Part shown: positions 1-14,782 of the stretch, one piece after another | Position numbering within the stretch: position 1 is the first letter of the stretch | How the letters are laid out: every line of letters starts with the position of its first letter | Source: Octopus vulgaris | Taxonomy: Eukaryota | Reading direction: 5' to 3' | DNA: 64,000 nt | Assembly: GCA_951406725.2 (NCBI GenBank) | Contig: OX597822.1 | Location: 8,866,001 to 8,930,000, forward strand | Translations under genes and position numbers: made by a program | The notes under the pieces: model-generated | Databases searched by the model: none | Seen by the model: the letters and a program-made list of their open reading frames with translations, nothing else | What the model was told of the DNA's origin: nothing

Positions 1-330
<330 letters not shown>

Positions 331-870
331 TACAGAAGATAAAAACTCATTAGTGCGCCTCAAAGATCTCTAAACTTTACTTCATAATCAAATTTGTTTC
401 TTTATGCAAGAAAGTTGAAAATGCTATTTGGTGCATTGTAACTTTCCTTAAAATGTTTCCTATAATGTAACATTTCTTTTGAAATTTAAAAGAAAAAGAA
501 TTTGGTGAGCTGCTTTTTTTTTATATATATATATATATTTTGCATTAAAATCTGTTTTAATTATTTTTATTTTGTATTTTCAATGTATCGTCATTCATAT
601 TTATACATCTGTTTTCTTTTTTACACTTTAGATTTTGTCACACACTAAATGTTATTACTGATGCAATAGAATGCTTCAGAATTCCTTTTTAATTTTTGTT
701 TCTTTACTTCGCCTTGTTTTTTAAACTTGTTTTTAATAAACTCTCCGAAGTGAGTTGTGAAGTCCTGTTTTCCAGTTCATATTTACAAAGATTTCTTAAA
801 AGCAAGTCAATATTTTTCACACGATGACAACACTTCGATAAGTGCTACGGTATATCCATATATATATACG

Positions 871-920
<50 letters not shown>

Positions 921-935
921 CATAAATATATACAC

Positions 936-989
<54 letters not shown>

Positions 990-1243
990 TGATACAAAAG
1001 GAAGAGAAAACAGACTGATAAAACGGTAGCGAGAATGGTGGAGCGCATGATATAGTCGGTTACATAGACAGACAAATGTAGCGGGATGGAATGAAAAAAG
1101 AGTGTAAGTGTGAGAGGAAGGGGAAAAGAGTCAGTGCTAAAGAAACATAGGGAGACAAAGGGACGTTGGTAACACGCATATATTTACATACAGACCACTT
1201 CACCCATACACACACGCATACATACATACATAAATACATATGT

Positions 1244-1274
<31 letters not shown>

Positions 1275-1614
1275 CGCACATACATATTTAAAATGGCGTG
1301 TGAGTGGTTGTATGTCTACAAAGCTGTACATGCGAGTATGTGAAAACACTACGTGTATTCTAGCCTAAACTGGAAACTAGCTTGCACTGTCTAATAACGT
1401 AATAATAAATGCAGGTAAGTGTAAGTGAGTAAATGAATCTATTGAAAGATACGAATATTAAACAATTGCCCTTCTTTTAAAACTTCTGTATAGATTATAT
1501 TTTTCAAAAGATGGCATCAAATGTCTTCATTATAAGCATTGCCATACTAACACTAGACATTGACATATATGTATCTCTATCAATCCATCTATCTATCATC
1601 TCTCTCTCTCCCTG

Positions 1615-1669
<55 letters not shown>

Positions 1670-1672
1670 ATA

Positions 1673-1719
<47 letters not shown>

Positions 1720-1740
1720 GTGTATATATATAAACATATA

Positions 1741-1801
<61 letters not shown>

Positions 1802-2403
1802 TCAGATATGATGAAATTACCTAAACATGCCAGGCATACTTGACAGGCTCCCGCAAATAATGGACGATATTATTCGAAATTCAAAAGAATTTAATATAAC
1901 CATGGAGATGACTAAAAACGTAGTTTACCAGATTGAATGGCTTTCTGAATTCACGTATCAAATGACTCCATGATTAGCGTTGCTTTTTGTATCCTTAAGT
2001 GCTCATTCAACATACGCTGTGACTCTGTCTGAATTCAGCTGTTTACATCTGTATTTCTGTAAAGTGGCGCTTGTATTTCTTCTGGCCGAATTTAGAAATC
2101 AAATTTCTGCTAATTTTTATTTATTTATCTACACTGTGTTTCATTACTACAATCAATCGAGATATTTAGTTGAATAATTTACCCTTCACTTGAGCAGTTA
2201 AAATGTTTTGGTTATTAAACACATTTAAGGATCCATTTTCCTCTACATTACTCTCAATGTTTCCAAAATAAGAAGAAAACTCATCAATTAAAAACCACCT
2301 GACGATATAAATAAGTGTTCAATTCATTCCTTTGAAACATTTGCCTGGTAACGACATCATTGAATTCCTCTTTTCTAGATTTAACATCAAAATATATACT
2401 TTT

Positions 2404-2712
2404 CAGTGGCTTAGTGGTTAGAGTATTCAGTTCATGATTGTAAGATCGTGAGTTCAATTCCCGGTGACGCGTTGTGTCCTTGAGCAAGATACTTTATTTC
2501 ACGTTGCTCCAGTTCACTCAGATGGCAAAAATGAATGGTACCTGTATTTCACAGGGACCAGCATTGTCACATTCTGTGTCAAACTGAATTTCCCTGAGAA
2601 CTGCGTTAAGGGTACATATATCTGTGGAGTGCTCACTTGCACATTAATTTCACGAGCAGGCTGTTCTGTTGATGAGATCAACGAGAACCTTCATCCTCGT
2701 AACCGACGGAGC
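2404..2712 (+). mobile_element. tRNA-derived SINE, family C (head C + tail X)
   Basis: A box TGGCTTAGTGG, B-box-like GAGTTCAATTCC, central TGTGTCCTTGAGCAAGATACTTTA; tail shared with the copies at 16755 and 37158. Confidence 0.85.
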
Positions 2713-2841
2713 ACCAGTATTTATTTTTGTAAATGAGATTTCATATGCATCTTTTAATTTTTTGGAGAAACTTAAGAATTCATACACTGCTAAGGTATAC
2801 GTGTCCTACGCACATATGCAACTTAAGGTAAAGAAACTGTT

Positions 2842-2901
<60 letters not shown>

Positions 2902-3472
2902 CACATATATAGATAGATAAATAGACAGACATATATATACATATATATATATATATATAAATCATGTACATTTATGTAGTTATATTTAACTTCTGTACAT
3001 TCAGACATGGAGAGGCACTTTACTACACGGTAAAATATTTTTCTTACAGATGATATTATGAGTGCGTGTCTACGAAGGTAATGTTTTCATTCAGGAAAAC
3101 GTTCGCAGCATATAGTTTTTCCATTTTTAAATGCATACGAACATATTAACTAACCATGTTTCATTCAACACTGTTTTTTGCACCTTTAATATATATATGT
3201 GTGTACGTTTGTGTGAACGGGTGCGAGTTTGTGTGTGTGTGTGTGTGTGTTTGTGTGGTATGTGGTGTGGTACCTTGCTTTATATTTGCTATAATAACAA
3301 TGGATTTGTCTCTATAATACATTTTGTCCTTAAGTTATGATCTTTTGCGACATGAGAAACTTTCAACTATCAGAATGCTGGAATCCTAGGACGGAGGGTA
3401 CCGTTGAAAAGGTTCACCGCAAAAACACTTAGTTTGTCGTTGTGTCTGTTCTGGCAACGCACTATTATTATA

Positions 3473-3872
3473 TCTTTATATATAAAAATGAGGTTGTGTG
3501 CTGTCTGTCTCCTACGATTTAGATTCCTAACTACTCCCACATTTTGCGGTGCAGTTTAACCAAAACCTGGTATCTTATAGTCGTGATTCATATCGAGCCC
3601 TTTTGGGTATTAGCGCACGTCTACGATGAGTCTACGATTTAAAAAAAAAACATACCATCAATTTTTCCCATTTTTAATTCATTTTTGGCATATATAAGGG
3701 AAGTAACTCTCTAAAAAATTATTATTAAATCTCAGAACGTTAAAAGCTACAGTAACACCCCCCCCCCTTTGTGGTTAGCCATATTGAGATGGCTATTATA
3801 CTTTACATCTCTAAATATGCTTATATAGATATTTCCCTTACAAGACCGAGCAACGCCGGGCGATACTGCTAG
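3473..3872 (+). mobile_element. non-autonomous Helitron
   Basis: 5' TC, 3' CTAG, subterminal hairpin CCGAGCAACGCCGGG, inserted between A and T without TSD; five copies in the window. Confidence 0.88.
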
Positions 3873-4084
3873 TTCATAATATTAGAGTAAGCTAATACAT
3901 ATGAGCACAAACATAAAGTAATCCGTACACACAAAAGATGCTTCATGTCAATATAACTCACAGATATACGTTCGCTATCTCATACATAAAACCTAATTGT
4001 ATTTACACATAAGCACGCTCATTCTCTTTTGGAAGTGAAAAAATACGTCTTACTATTTACAAAGTATTGATTATCATTTCCATA

Positions 4085-4120
<36 letters not shown>

Positions 4121-4762
4121 GCTATTTGAATATAAACATTTAGGTGCTTCCAGGTGCATAGATTCAGAGCGCTGCATACATTTAGTTCATGTATCTTGTA
4201 TTGAACGTCGTCAGTAACAGATATTTACGTCTTAAAGACGTTTGTTCTATAGACTTCCGAAAATTCGTCAATTTTTTTTCTAAATATTCCTTTTCCCTTC
4301 TAAATATATTTTTCTTCTTGTATATTATTACATCATCATTCCTTATTTACTACTTTAATTTTATCTTTACGTTTGAATTTTTTTCTCTGTTTAAAAAAAT
4401 CTCAGATGAACTTCCTACAGTGAGAGTGAAACAAGTTAAAATGTCAAGAAATCATGGCTTCTTTAAAATATTTTTCATTCATTTTATTTTTAAAAACCAT
4501 CAATACCATTTTTATCCAAGACAGAAGAATCACGGTTGGTTATGTGGTGTATATGATGCCAGACATTTTAAGAAGCAAAAAATATAAATATAAGCATATA
4601 GCAAGCTAATGGAGGGTAATAGCATTCTTTGAAATTTCATTTCTGTTAAAAAAAATATTATACTCTTTTATATCTATTGATTTCACATACTTAAGGATAA
4701 GCCAACTTTGTTCGTTGGGTGATAGTCTATTGAATCTTATTCTGTCTCTCTCTCGCGCGTTA

Positions 4763-4778
4763 CATATATATATATATA

Positions 4779-4872
<94 letters not shown>

Positions 4873-4889
4873 ATAATATAATATATATA

Positions 4890-4961
<72 letters not shown>

Positions 4962-4988
4962 CATATATATAAATATATATATATATAT
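4763..4988. repeat. (TA)n microsatellite, one of more than 30 TA/CA tracts in the window
   Basis: Direct reading. Confidence 0.97.
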
Positions 4989-5475
4989 GAATTTAAAATA
5001 AATATATTCGTGTTTGTGTGTGTATGTGCGTTCGAGCGTGCGTGTCCTTGTAGGGGGACCGCTTTTCCTTTAAACATGCATGAAAAATACTTTTGTATGC
5101 AAATTTTCTGATTTACTCTTTTTTTATTCGCAATTCCATGTAAATTACTTGATAGTTGTTTGGAAAGGTAATATCCTTAAATCTACAGCCGACTTCTTTG
5201 TATCTTGGCAGCCTCATTTTGTATATAATAGATATTGTGGGCTATTTTTGGCGGGTTCGGTGCTGGTAGTGATGTTTCTACGATCATTTGAATGTTGCGC
5301 ATTTGCCTATTACTTCAGAATTGTAGTGGGTAATTGTTTGTCAAATGGCTAAGTGAGCTGACATTGCTTGCGTGATTAGTCGTCTATTTTTGTTGTTTCC
5401 AGAATGGAGCATAGATATATTTTCTACAACTCTTTCTTTCTGAAGCTCTGTGAAATATTCTATGATATTTACTAA

Positions 5476-5772
5476 GATCCCCTTCGGTTATGAATGTTTA
5501 TGGTACTGTACCTAGAAATTTTCCCTCCAAAGCACAAGTCCACACAAGGTCGTTTTTGAAAGACAAACAGTTGCCCATGAGTACCAGACTTCCTTCTCCA
5601 CGCTACCGTTGTTGCCCAAGGGAAAGGCAAATGCCGATACAGTTTTGTACCAACTGTAACGTAAAATAAAATGTCTTACTCAAGCACACAACACACAGCC
5701 TGATCCGAGAATCGAACTCTCTACGTTTTGATTTTGAACCCGACGCTCATTCCCTAAGCCATGTGCCTTCAC
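5476..5772 (-). mobile_element. decayed SINE, head C with a different (RTE-like) tail
   Basis: Reverse complement has a tRNA-like head (GTGAAGGCACATGGCTTAG...GAGTTCGATTCTCGG) and the TTGAGTAAGACATTTTA domain; the tail differs from the 2404 copy. RTE origin of the tail is from recall. Confidence 0.65.
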
Positions 5773-5775
5773 TAA

Positions 5776-5912
5776 GATTGCACCTAAAAAGTTCACTTTC
5801 GAGACCCGTTCTCCACGCCAATGGAAAGGCAAAGGACGATACAGTTTGGAACCAATGATATCGCAACTCATTTCTACAGCTGAGTGAACTAGAATAACGT
5901 GGAAAAAAGTGC
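5776..5912 (-). mobile_element. internally deleted second copy of the same SINE, in tandem
   Basis: Repeats GCACCTA..., TCTCCACGC, GGAAAGGCAAA, GATACAGTTT and GAGCCATGCGCC motifs of 5476-5772. Confidence 0.6.
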
Positions 5913-6251
5913 CGAGCTCACTTCCTCATTATTGTGAGCCCGACGCTGTAACACCTGAGCCATGCGCCATCACATACTCTATAATATAGTCCGTTACAAA
6001 ATATCGATTCGGACTATAAAACTTGTACTTACATCGGCAATATAACAACTGGAGTAACAACACAACAGTTTAATAACAAAATTCATAAATCGTGCTGTGT
6101 GCTTGCAGCTTTTCTGTCTGACTTTGGATCTCATTATTTCTAATATTGACTAATTTGAATGTTTTAAATTATTTTTATTAGTGTTCGTATATAATAGATT
6201 AGTTATCATACGTCTTGTATTTTTTCTACTTAATTCTTGATAATGGGCTCA

Positions 6252-6654
6252 TACTCTTTTACTCTTTTACTTGTTTCAGTCATTTGACTGCGGCCATGCT
6301 GGAGCACCGCCTTTAGTCGAGAGCAAATCGACCCCGGGACTTATTCTTTTTAAGCCCAGTACTTATTCTATCGGTCTCTTTTACCGAACCGCTAGGTGAC
6401 GGGGACGTAAACACACCAGCATCGGTTGTCAAGCAATGCTAGGGGGACAAACACAGACACACAAACACATACATATATATATACAAAAATACGATAGGCT
6501 TCTTCCAGTTTCCGTCTACCAAATCCACTCACAAGGCATTGGTCGGCCCGGGGCTATAGCAGAAGACACTTGCCCAAGATGCCACGCAATGGGACTGAAC
6601 CTGGAACCATGCGGTTTGTTAGCAAGCTAGTTACCACACAACCACTTCTGCGCC
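6252..6654 (-). mobile_element. full-length tRNA-derived SINE, family A (most abundant in the window)
   Basis: Head GGCGCAG..TGG.TGTGTGGTAA...GGTTCAGTCCC, internal (TA/TG)n, tail ending (AAGAGTA)n; closely similar copies at 39796, 42214, 46771, 56309 and 62583. Confidence 0.92.
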
Positions 6655-7070
6655 TTTTATTATAATAATTATTCATTAGATACATACAACTAAATTTATA
6701 AATTTATGAACCTCATTATGCATTTTCAGACTTCCAGACATGTAGGCTTGTTTATTTTTAAGAATGCTTAAATTGTGTGTTTTTATATTATCTTAATACT
6801 GGGCGGATACAATTGGGATATAATATATATTGCAGTTTGAGTTTTTGAGCATGGGCCCATTCTTATAAACTACGTATTCATTTGATAATTGGTAGGCACA
6901 ACTAATATATAAACTGCTATGACTGCTTCCAGATTTCCGCATTTAGGTTCTGTTATTTTTTTAAATACTTAATTGGTTTGTTTTTATATTATCAAATTTT
7001 GGAGTTTAGATTACCTCTTCATATTTTCATACTAATAAGGTTTTTTTTTCCACAGGCAATACACGTTATG

Positions 7071-7333
7071 TGGAGACGCAATGGCCCAGCAGTTAGGGCA
7101 GCGGGCATTGTGTGTGTCTATTGAGCGAAAACACCTAAAGCCCCACGAGGCTCCTTGCAGGGGGTGGTGGCGACCCCTGTTGTACTCTTTCGCCCCAACT
7201 TTCTCTCACTCTCTCTCTTCCTGTTTCTTGAGTAACGCTGCGATGGACTGGTGTCCCGTCCAGCTGGGGGGAACACATATACCACAGAAACCGGGAAACC
7301 GGGCCCATGAGCCTGGCTAGGCTTGAAAAGGAC
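7071..7333 (+). mobile_element. SINE family B (OR1/OR2-like head) with tail Y; B-box region deleted
   Basis: Head TGGAGACGCAATGGCCCAG and body TTGAGCGAAAACACCTAAAG shared with 16755 and 30694; distinct tail GCTGCGATGGACTGG... Confidence 0.8.
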
Positions 7334-7624
7334 GAGAAAGAAAAGAATACACATTATAACTTGCGTGGTCATTGGTAATACAAGTTGTTTCAGCTGTGTT
7401 ACACTTTTAGCGTTTCTTTATTGTTTTATTGTTCGGTCTAAAATATATTTGAAATACGTGTTATTCTTTAGTGTTTGATCATTTCTCAGCATTTCTTTGG
7501 TGTAGCGAAACTACGTAGGCTTCTCATGTAAATTTTTCAAGAGTTTAATTTATTTTACCTGTACGAACATTCATTGCCTTCATGAAAAAACGCACTATGT
7601 TAAGTCGCATTGTGTAGACATACG

Positions 7625-7696
<72 letters not shown>

Positions 7697-8146
7697 GTAT
7701 ATAATGGTTAAATGACCCCGGCTGAATTAGAAATGGAAAAACAGAAGCAACGTTTTTAGTCCAGCAGTTTAAAACTTTTGGGAAAACATTGGCCATACGA
7801 AATACAAATAAATTGGTTCTTTCTGTTTATAAACAAAATGTCTATATTTACAGAGGAATGCGGGAGGTGTTAACGTCAGTGAATTTCCCAAAAGTAATGT
7901 TGGCATAAGTGAAGTGAATGCACTTCATCTGGGAATTAACACCGCACAGCATTGTCAGGTTGCCACGAAGTTAATTTAGTTTCTCCATCTCGGAAGAATT
8001 CTAAAGTTATGTAACTGTGGTACAGAATATTAGAGTATTGCGATAGCCGACAGTTGGTTTCAGACGAGTTAGAATAAAATATTTCTGTTAAGAAACTAGT
8101 TTTCCTACGAAGAAAGTATTATATATCGACATACATACATACATAT

Positions 8147-8199
<53 letters not shown>

Positions 8200-8232
8200 A
8201 ATATATATAAATATATATTTATATATATATAT

Positions 8233-8274
<42 letters not shown>

Positions 8275-8339
8275 GTACATATATATACATATACATATAT
8301 ATGTGTATGGGTGTAAGCAATGTATTTGTATATGAAAGC

Positions 8340-8405
<66 letters not shown>

Positions 8406-9904
8406 GCGTGTGTGCGTGAGCGTGTATGTGTTTACGTAAACCAAAAATGATAGATGTTATATGCAGGTGACTATTACTTGCATATTCTATGCAACATTTA
8501 ATAGATTAGGTGCCTATGTAGTCGTGAATACATATATATACCATTCCGCCATTCCGGCCCCACCATCTTCACACAAACTTAAAAACAGGCACAGAGATAC
8601 ATAGATATATATACACACATCAAAAGAACACAGAGACACATGTGCATATGTGTGTATCTTTGGGTGTATGTGCATATAAGTGCTGTCTGTGCGACATTTG
8701 CGTGTTGATATATTGATATAGAATTTAATTCAAATTCAAATTCTCTTCTTTCCGAAAGTCTTTTTCACATCAACTTTGAAGGTACTGAAAATATTCGTAT
8801 CGGTTGTTTGTTCCATTTCTTCTTCTTTGTTTTGTTTTTTTTTTTTCTTTTACTTCAGTCATTGCGGTACGTTCATACTAGTGCAACGTTCTACAGAGTT
8901 TAGTCGATCGAACCTACTTCAATACTCATATTTGTATCTGTCCCTTATATTTTGGCTATCTTGCAGTGAGATCAAACCTTAAAATACAACTGATTGCTAA
9001 GAAATCTTCTTTAATGTCAATGTATTTATGATTTATATGTATAAAACAGCCGAATAAAGAATATGCGTGCAAAATGGAAATATTTCCTAAACATTTGTTT
9101 ATTGATATTTTTTTCGGTTGGGCGGTGTGCTTTTATGAACTAATGCCTCATTAGTTTCTTTAGTTCAATGGAGTTTCGTGGGCACGCTTTTTTAGATTCG
9201 GTGTTACTGGTTCGCTGTAAGTTTACTATTTAAGTAATGTGCTGTATTTGAAATCAGCGCACAAAGAACAGCAAGTCATACCATAAACTGCATTGCCTAA
9301 CTCTATCAATTCCACCAATTAACTGCCCTGAAACTCAGCATTAAGTAGCAACCCAGCAATAGATATATGGCGAAGATGACTTCGATGGGATTTCACCTCA
9401 GAGCACAGACATGGGTACAAAGACGTGTAGCCTTAAATTTCATACTCAAACGCCTCTGCTAATCAATAACTGTAGTTCACTTATATGTTTTTATTTTTAA
9501 AGAGTAACCTCAGAGAGTTACCAATTCTGAATTTTTCAAGCATTCTTAGAATCATCGATATTAGTGTTATGTTTTTTTAAATCTTTTAGCCAGAAGCTAA
9601 TTAAACATGCAAGACTAATTACAGAGACGCCAAGGTTGGTGGGAAGAAGGTATTGACCTGGTCTCAATGCTTGCAAGAAAGTTAATGTCGCTAAAGGCAA
9701 TTCACGTGACAGATAGTGTTAAGTCGAAAGACAGTTTAAGCCTAGCATCCAAGCATAACATAACGAGATTTCAATTCCCGGTGAAGAACGGTACAAGATC
9801 TGCTAAGCGTTGTCAGAATCTGCAACATCTCTACCAAAATCATCATCTATATTGTAGTTCAATTAAATAATTATTTTAAAAGTAACTTCGAAATTCTGTA
9901 TATA

Positions 9905-9953
<49 letters not shown>

Positions 9954-9974
9954 TGTGTGTGTCGGTGTGCGTGC

Positions 9975-10130
9975 GATGAGCTTCTTTCAGTTTCTGTCCA
10001 CCAGATCACCTCACAAGGCTTTAGTCGACCTGAGGCTAGCGTAGAAAACACTTGACGAAGTTTCCACGTAGTGGAAATGAGCCCAGAGATGTGTGGTTGG
10101 GAAGCTAACTTCTTACCACACAGCAACGCC
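9975..10130 (-). mobile_element. SINE family A, diverged 5' half
   Basis: GCTTCTTTCAGTTTC...CTCACAAGGCT...TTACCACACAGC motifs. Confidence 0.75.
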
Positions 10131-12334
10131 ACATACGTACATAATACATACATACATAAATAAATACAGACATACATACGTATGTATGTATAATGAAAGG
10201 TAGAACAAAACATGATCTGTTAATTGAGAGTATCTTCATTGTAAATGTATAACGAGAAAACAGATGTTGTATTTGATATTAGGTACGAGAGGAGAAACAA
10301 ATAATTTTAGAATAAATATATCTGAAACAATAGCTGAAAACGTGCACCTACTGACAGAAGTTTTCATTTTAATATTTGATATATGTTTGATCTTCTGAAA
10401 GAATTTATGCAAATAACATCTCTGAATTTGAAAACGGCTATGTTATGAATAGAAATTATCGGGCGAGTAACTGAATAGAATGGTCTGTAAGGGTAATATT
10501 GATCAATTCTAAAAGAAAAACATAATTTCATAAATAAAGATGTAATAGAAAGAATAAACTTTGAAAAAAATCAGAATATTATTAAGTTGTGAAACGTGAC
10601 TTTCTAAAGAGAAACCTAGAAAATGCTTGCTCTAAAATCACGCAATATAAATTTGTATCAGTAATGATATAAGAAATTAATCTATATAGAAATATTCAAA
10701 AGGGGGAAATTCGTGTGTGGCGATGTATGTACGCGCGCGCGTGTGTGGGGGTGTAACATTTGTGCCAAAGAGAGTAGGTCACTTATAGGCCTGAATCGTC
10801 ACATACGTGCTATCCACGCATGATACATACTCTGAAATGCTTCGAGCGGTGGCTAATTGCGAGAACAAGAAAGCGGGTATGAAATAAATATATATATTTC
10901 ATATTACATTAAGAAGCGGTGCACAGCCCCAGAATTTTCGACTCTAATATAAAAAACTACTCCAAATAATTATTAGAGTACTCGCATTTGTAGATTCAAG
11001 CCTGATTAGTTTGTACTGGCATCGAGTTGTATAAGTTGTAATAATAAATTCAGAGGAAATAGTGATATCTTGGTATCATTTAATACGTATGCTTAAGCTT
11101 TGCGTAGCACATATCAAGAAATGCATCTATTATGTATGAACTGTCTGAGGTATAATATTGAGGAAGTTCTTACGTAATGGATGTGTTTCCAGTTATATAT
11201 CTTCTAATATTGTCAATGCAGTTTCATCAGGATCCGTGCATTTGGCCTTACACGAAGAAATCTTATGCTGTTTAGTATTCTGTAGAATGTTGCTCTTTAT
11301 AGTCATAAGAATCTGACCAACAGATCACATCCGCCGTTGATGGAGGTTAGGGCCTGGTCATAAAACATGTTAAGGGTCGGGTTGTTATATATAAACTATA
11401 GTAGCGACCGTCCTATCCTTCTAGATCTGAAACTATTTAGGACCCCAATAATTGATTACTAAAGTTCGTTTCAGACCCAGTGTCTACGACGCTGTCCCCA
11501 CTGCTTCTCCTCCATACATCTTTGGCTGCATTCCAAGTAGGTTCACCCGACTGTCACATGCTTCCTCACGCTCACCAGCCTCTGGCATACAAAACGATTT
11601 TTTTCTATTCTACCTCGATGATAATTACCCTTTCTTGTTTTGTTTAAATAAATCAAATTACAAAGTCTCCAGACTAACACTGACACCATCTATCTCACCT
11701 GCCTATGCAGACCTGTGAGGGTCTGGGAATTCCTACCTCATGGCAAACTCAAGAGATTATTAGCAAATCTAGAAATAACAAAAATCTTAGGAAGATAAGA
11801 ACTAAATGAATTAGATTTATCATTATTATTATTATTTCGAGCAAAAATACTCATTGACCTTTGAACAATTTTATAAGAAATTTTAAAATGGTATTAACTG
11901 AATTGATGAATCAATAAAAAATTGTTTTGATTGGAAATTATATACTTCATAAGATTAGGAAAAGCAGCAGCTGGTGTAATTAAACCAAAAGTATACATAA
12001 GTAGAGACTGACTCCAAGAATATTCGTTTTAATGAATTGGAGATAATCATACATACATACATACATATATCTTCATGTGTATGTAATATAAATATATATG
12101 TATGTGTGCCTATATTAACTTACATACATAAATGTAATTACATATATATTTGTAAAATATAATTACACTCATAAGCTCGTGTGTGAATCTGTGTGTCTGT
12201 GCGTGTGCATGTATGTCTGTGATTGTTCTTGTCTTTTACTACTTGACGTCTGATGTTAGATTCTCTCTTGGTAACTTAACGGCTCGGCAGAAGACAATAC
12301 AATAGAAGAAATACTGTATGTGTGTGTGTGTGTT

Positions 12335-12397
<63 letters not shown>

Positions 12398-12639
12398 GTG
12401 TGTGTGTGTGTGTTCATGGGAATATAGCAGCATACCTTTTCCGAACGGATATCTTGGTGGCTCACAGAAATAAACATAAAGATATGGTATATAGAATTGT
12501 AAATTTTCAGAATGAACAAGTTTTCATATTCTATATCGTTATAATGCCAAAAAAAAAAAAAAACAGTTGGTATTTATAACATTTTCAGCTGACATAGGGA
12601 TTGGGTTTGCCCAAAAGAAATGTTAATATTTGATTGGTG

Positions 12640-14060
12640 AACGGGAAAAATCAATCTCACAGACCGAAAACCGGTGCATCGGTGATCGCTCTTTCTCCTC
12701 TTTCCCACAGAAAGAATTCTGCAAGTTCTTAGGTATTGATGAAAACGTATACGAAAGAAATGCGAATAAAGGTAGAGTGACTCGGGAATATTATGCCAGC
12801 CATAATATTATGGCAGTCGGAACTCATCTCTTGCAACAAAATAATATCTCAGAATGCAGTTGCTTTACCGGTACCGATTCCAACGTTTGGATCTGGACTG
12901 GTCTGTAAATGAAATCCACTCCACAGACGTCAAAACCAGCAAGATACTGACATATGCTGCAGATTCTCCTCAAAACTTATGATATCGACAGGCTGCTCTG
13001 AAGAAGAGACAATGGAAGTAGAGGTTTGGGATCAGTACAAACAGCCTATGTATGTCGTATGTTCTCTCACAGATACCACTTCCTGAAACGACTACACCAA
13101 AAATAAAACGTAGTACTCAAAAGTGAAGAGAACAATATCCTACGTGCCAGCAGCGATCTGCTCTTGAAGCACGTTTTCGCTAATGACCTCCAAGAACTTC
13201 AAAACAGCCGGATTAACATGCATCAAAGAAGACCTGGTTGTGAAACACTCAGTATCTTAAAAACATATATGCATTTGCATGTTTCCCGAAGATTAGTAGA
13301 AGATAGTAATATTGAGATGACACGAAGCTTCATGTGGACTCTTGATTGCCATATCTTATCACAATTCTAGGGCTATGCATTTGCAATCCAAGAACAGGAG
13401 TTTACTACTAAATACCAAATCAACCAAAAAGACAGTGAAACCCTTGGAGCCCTAGCATGCAATTAAAAATGTAATTATGTCATATTTCTGTGGAAGGCAT
13501 CACACATGTGTTTAGCAAATGCCCAGAAATGTCATCAACGTACTACTCCCCAATGCGACACGAAATTGTCGCAAAAACAATATACAATGTCATTCGTAAA
13601 AAAGACTTTCCTGGAGTAAATATAGAAAATCCCTGAGTTATTGGATACGTACGAAAACAAGAACACAAAGTATATTGGAATATTCCCATCAAAATGGCTG
13701 TCAAAATAAGCAAAACAAAAAACCGCATATTGTGGTTTGCGATAGACAAAAATAAATTGAATGTACCTTCATAGATGTCTGTTCTCCTGCTGATTAGACT
13801 ATCCCTTTGAAAATGAAAGGAGAATAGAATAGCTATGGACAGATGTTTTGAAACCTCCAGCTTCTATATCTAGATAAAATATTTACATATATACCAATAA
13901 TAATAGGCCGACATGATGTTGTAAGTAAATGCCTAACTGATAGTTTGGATAAGCTTGGATTTCTAGAACACGAAATCAACCAGCAAACTCTCACTTTACA
14001 AATACAATGTGTAAGTGAACAATAATAATATCCAAGATCTTTCTCGTGTTTAAAATGTGA
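12640..14060 (+). pseudogene. highly decayed R4/Dong-clade non-LTR retrotransposon ORF (RT C-terminus to RLE)
   Basis: Fragments across frames read KFLGIDE, YDIDRL..RRDNGSRGLGSV, GYAFAIQEQE, ITHVFSKCPEMSSTYYSPMRHEIVAK, WNIPI and YIPIIIG, collinear with the younger copy at 19873-21177; many stops and frameshifts. Confidence 0.8.
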
Positions 14061-14569
14061 CATTGTTTACGTTATCTACATTATAAAGACAGAGCTTTGA
14101 GAATTTGTTAGGAATTAGCTCCTTCCAGGGAGGAACAATTAAAAAAGTTATAAACAGAAGCGAACGTGCACATGCATACATACATACAAACATAAATACA
14201 TACATACAAACATACATACATACATACATACATATATAAACAAGAATTTAAGACTGAGAAAGATTTTATCACATTTCTAATGACCAGTTACAATTGTTTC
14301 CACACGAAATCTGTATTCAATGCATTTTTACGCAATAGTTCCAAATGAAAATTTACATAAAACTTGCGGGTTTGAAACATCAGAGTGGTACTTTTTCAGA
14401 CCTGTATCAAAAATGCGTTTTCGCATTGTGAGTCCGCTGGGCACTTTATTTTTCTTATATTGAGAGGAAAAAAACTCTAAAAAGATAATAAACAATAAAA
14501 TTAAAATAAATTGTGAAAAGACAGACGGGTCAAGTGCAATAACAATACCAAAGTAGATAAAATTATCAT

Positions 14570-14782
14570 ATATGTGACCGCGTGTGTACCGTTGGCGATT
14601 TTTTTCCCTCTGCCTTCCCTTCTCTGGATCTTTCCTTTTCCTATATTTCTGACGAAGAGCTCCGCTCGAAACGTAAAACCCTCCTTCTTCCCTTCCTTCC
14701 TGAGCGTCCAATAATACTATATTTGTTCCACGTCCTCGCGTTGTTGTGTTTTCTCTTGGTGTTTTCATGTTTGGATTAACTA
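14570..14782 (+). mobile_element. short repeat carrying a hammerhead motif (Penelope-like pLTR fragment)
   Basis: Homologous to 31521-31790 on the minus strand; ends TTTGGATTAAC followed by (TA)n. Confidence 0.65.
14646..14678 (+). ncRNA. minimal type I hammerhead motif (canonical C3-G8 core, extra A after A9)
   Basis: TTT-CTGACGA-A-GAGC(TCC)GCTC-GAAA-CG-TA-AAA. Confidence 0.55.

Noticed and set aside
1364-3083. Good-looking splice signals (GCAG|GTAAGT at 1414, TTTCAG at 1805 before a 48-codon ORF, a 28-nt AG...GT segment at 3050-3077)
   Set aside because: No consistent reading frame or recognisable protein; such motifs are expected by chance. RNA-seq would be needed.
11450-11720. Possible CR1-like RT tail (QPLAY), with similarly faint endonuclease-like traces at about 23100-23330 and 32880-33260
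   Set aside because: Too decayed to support by eye.
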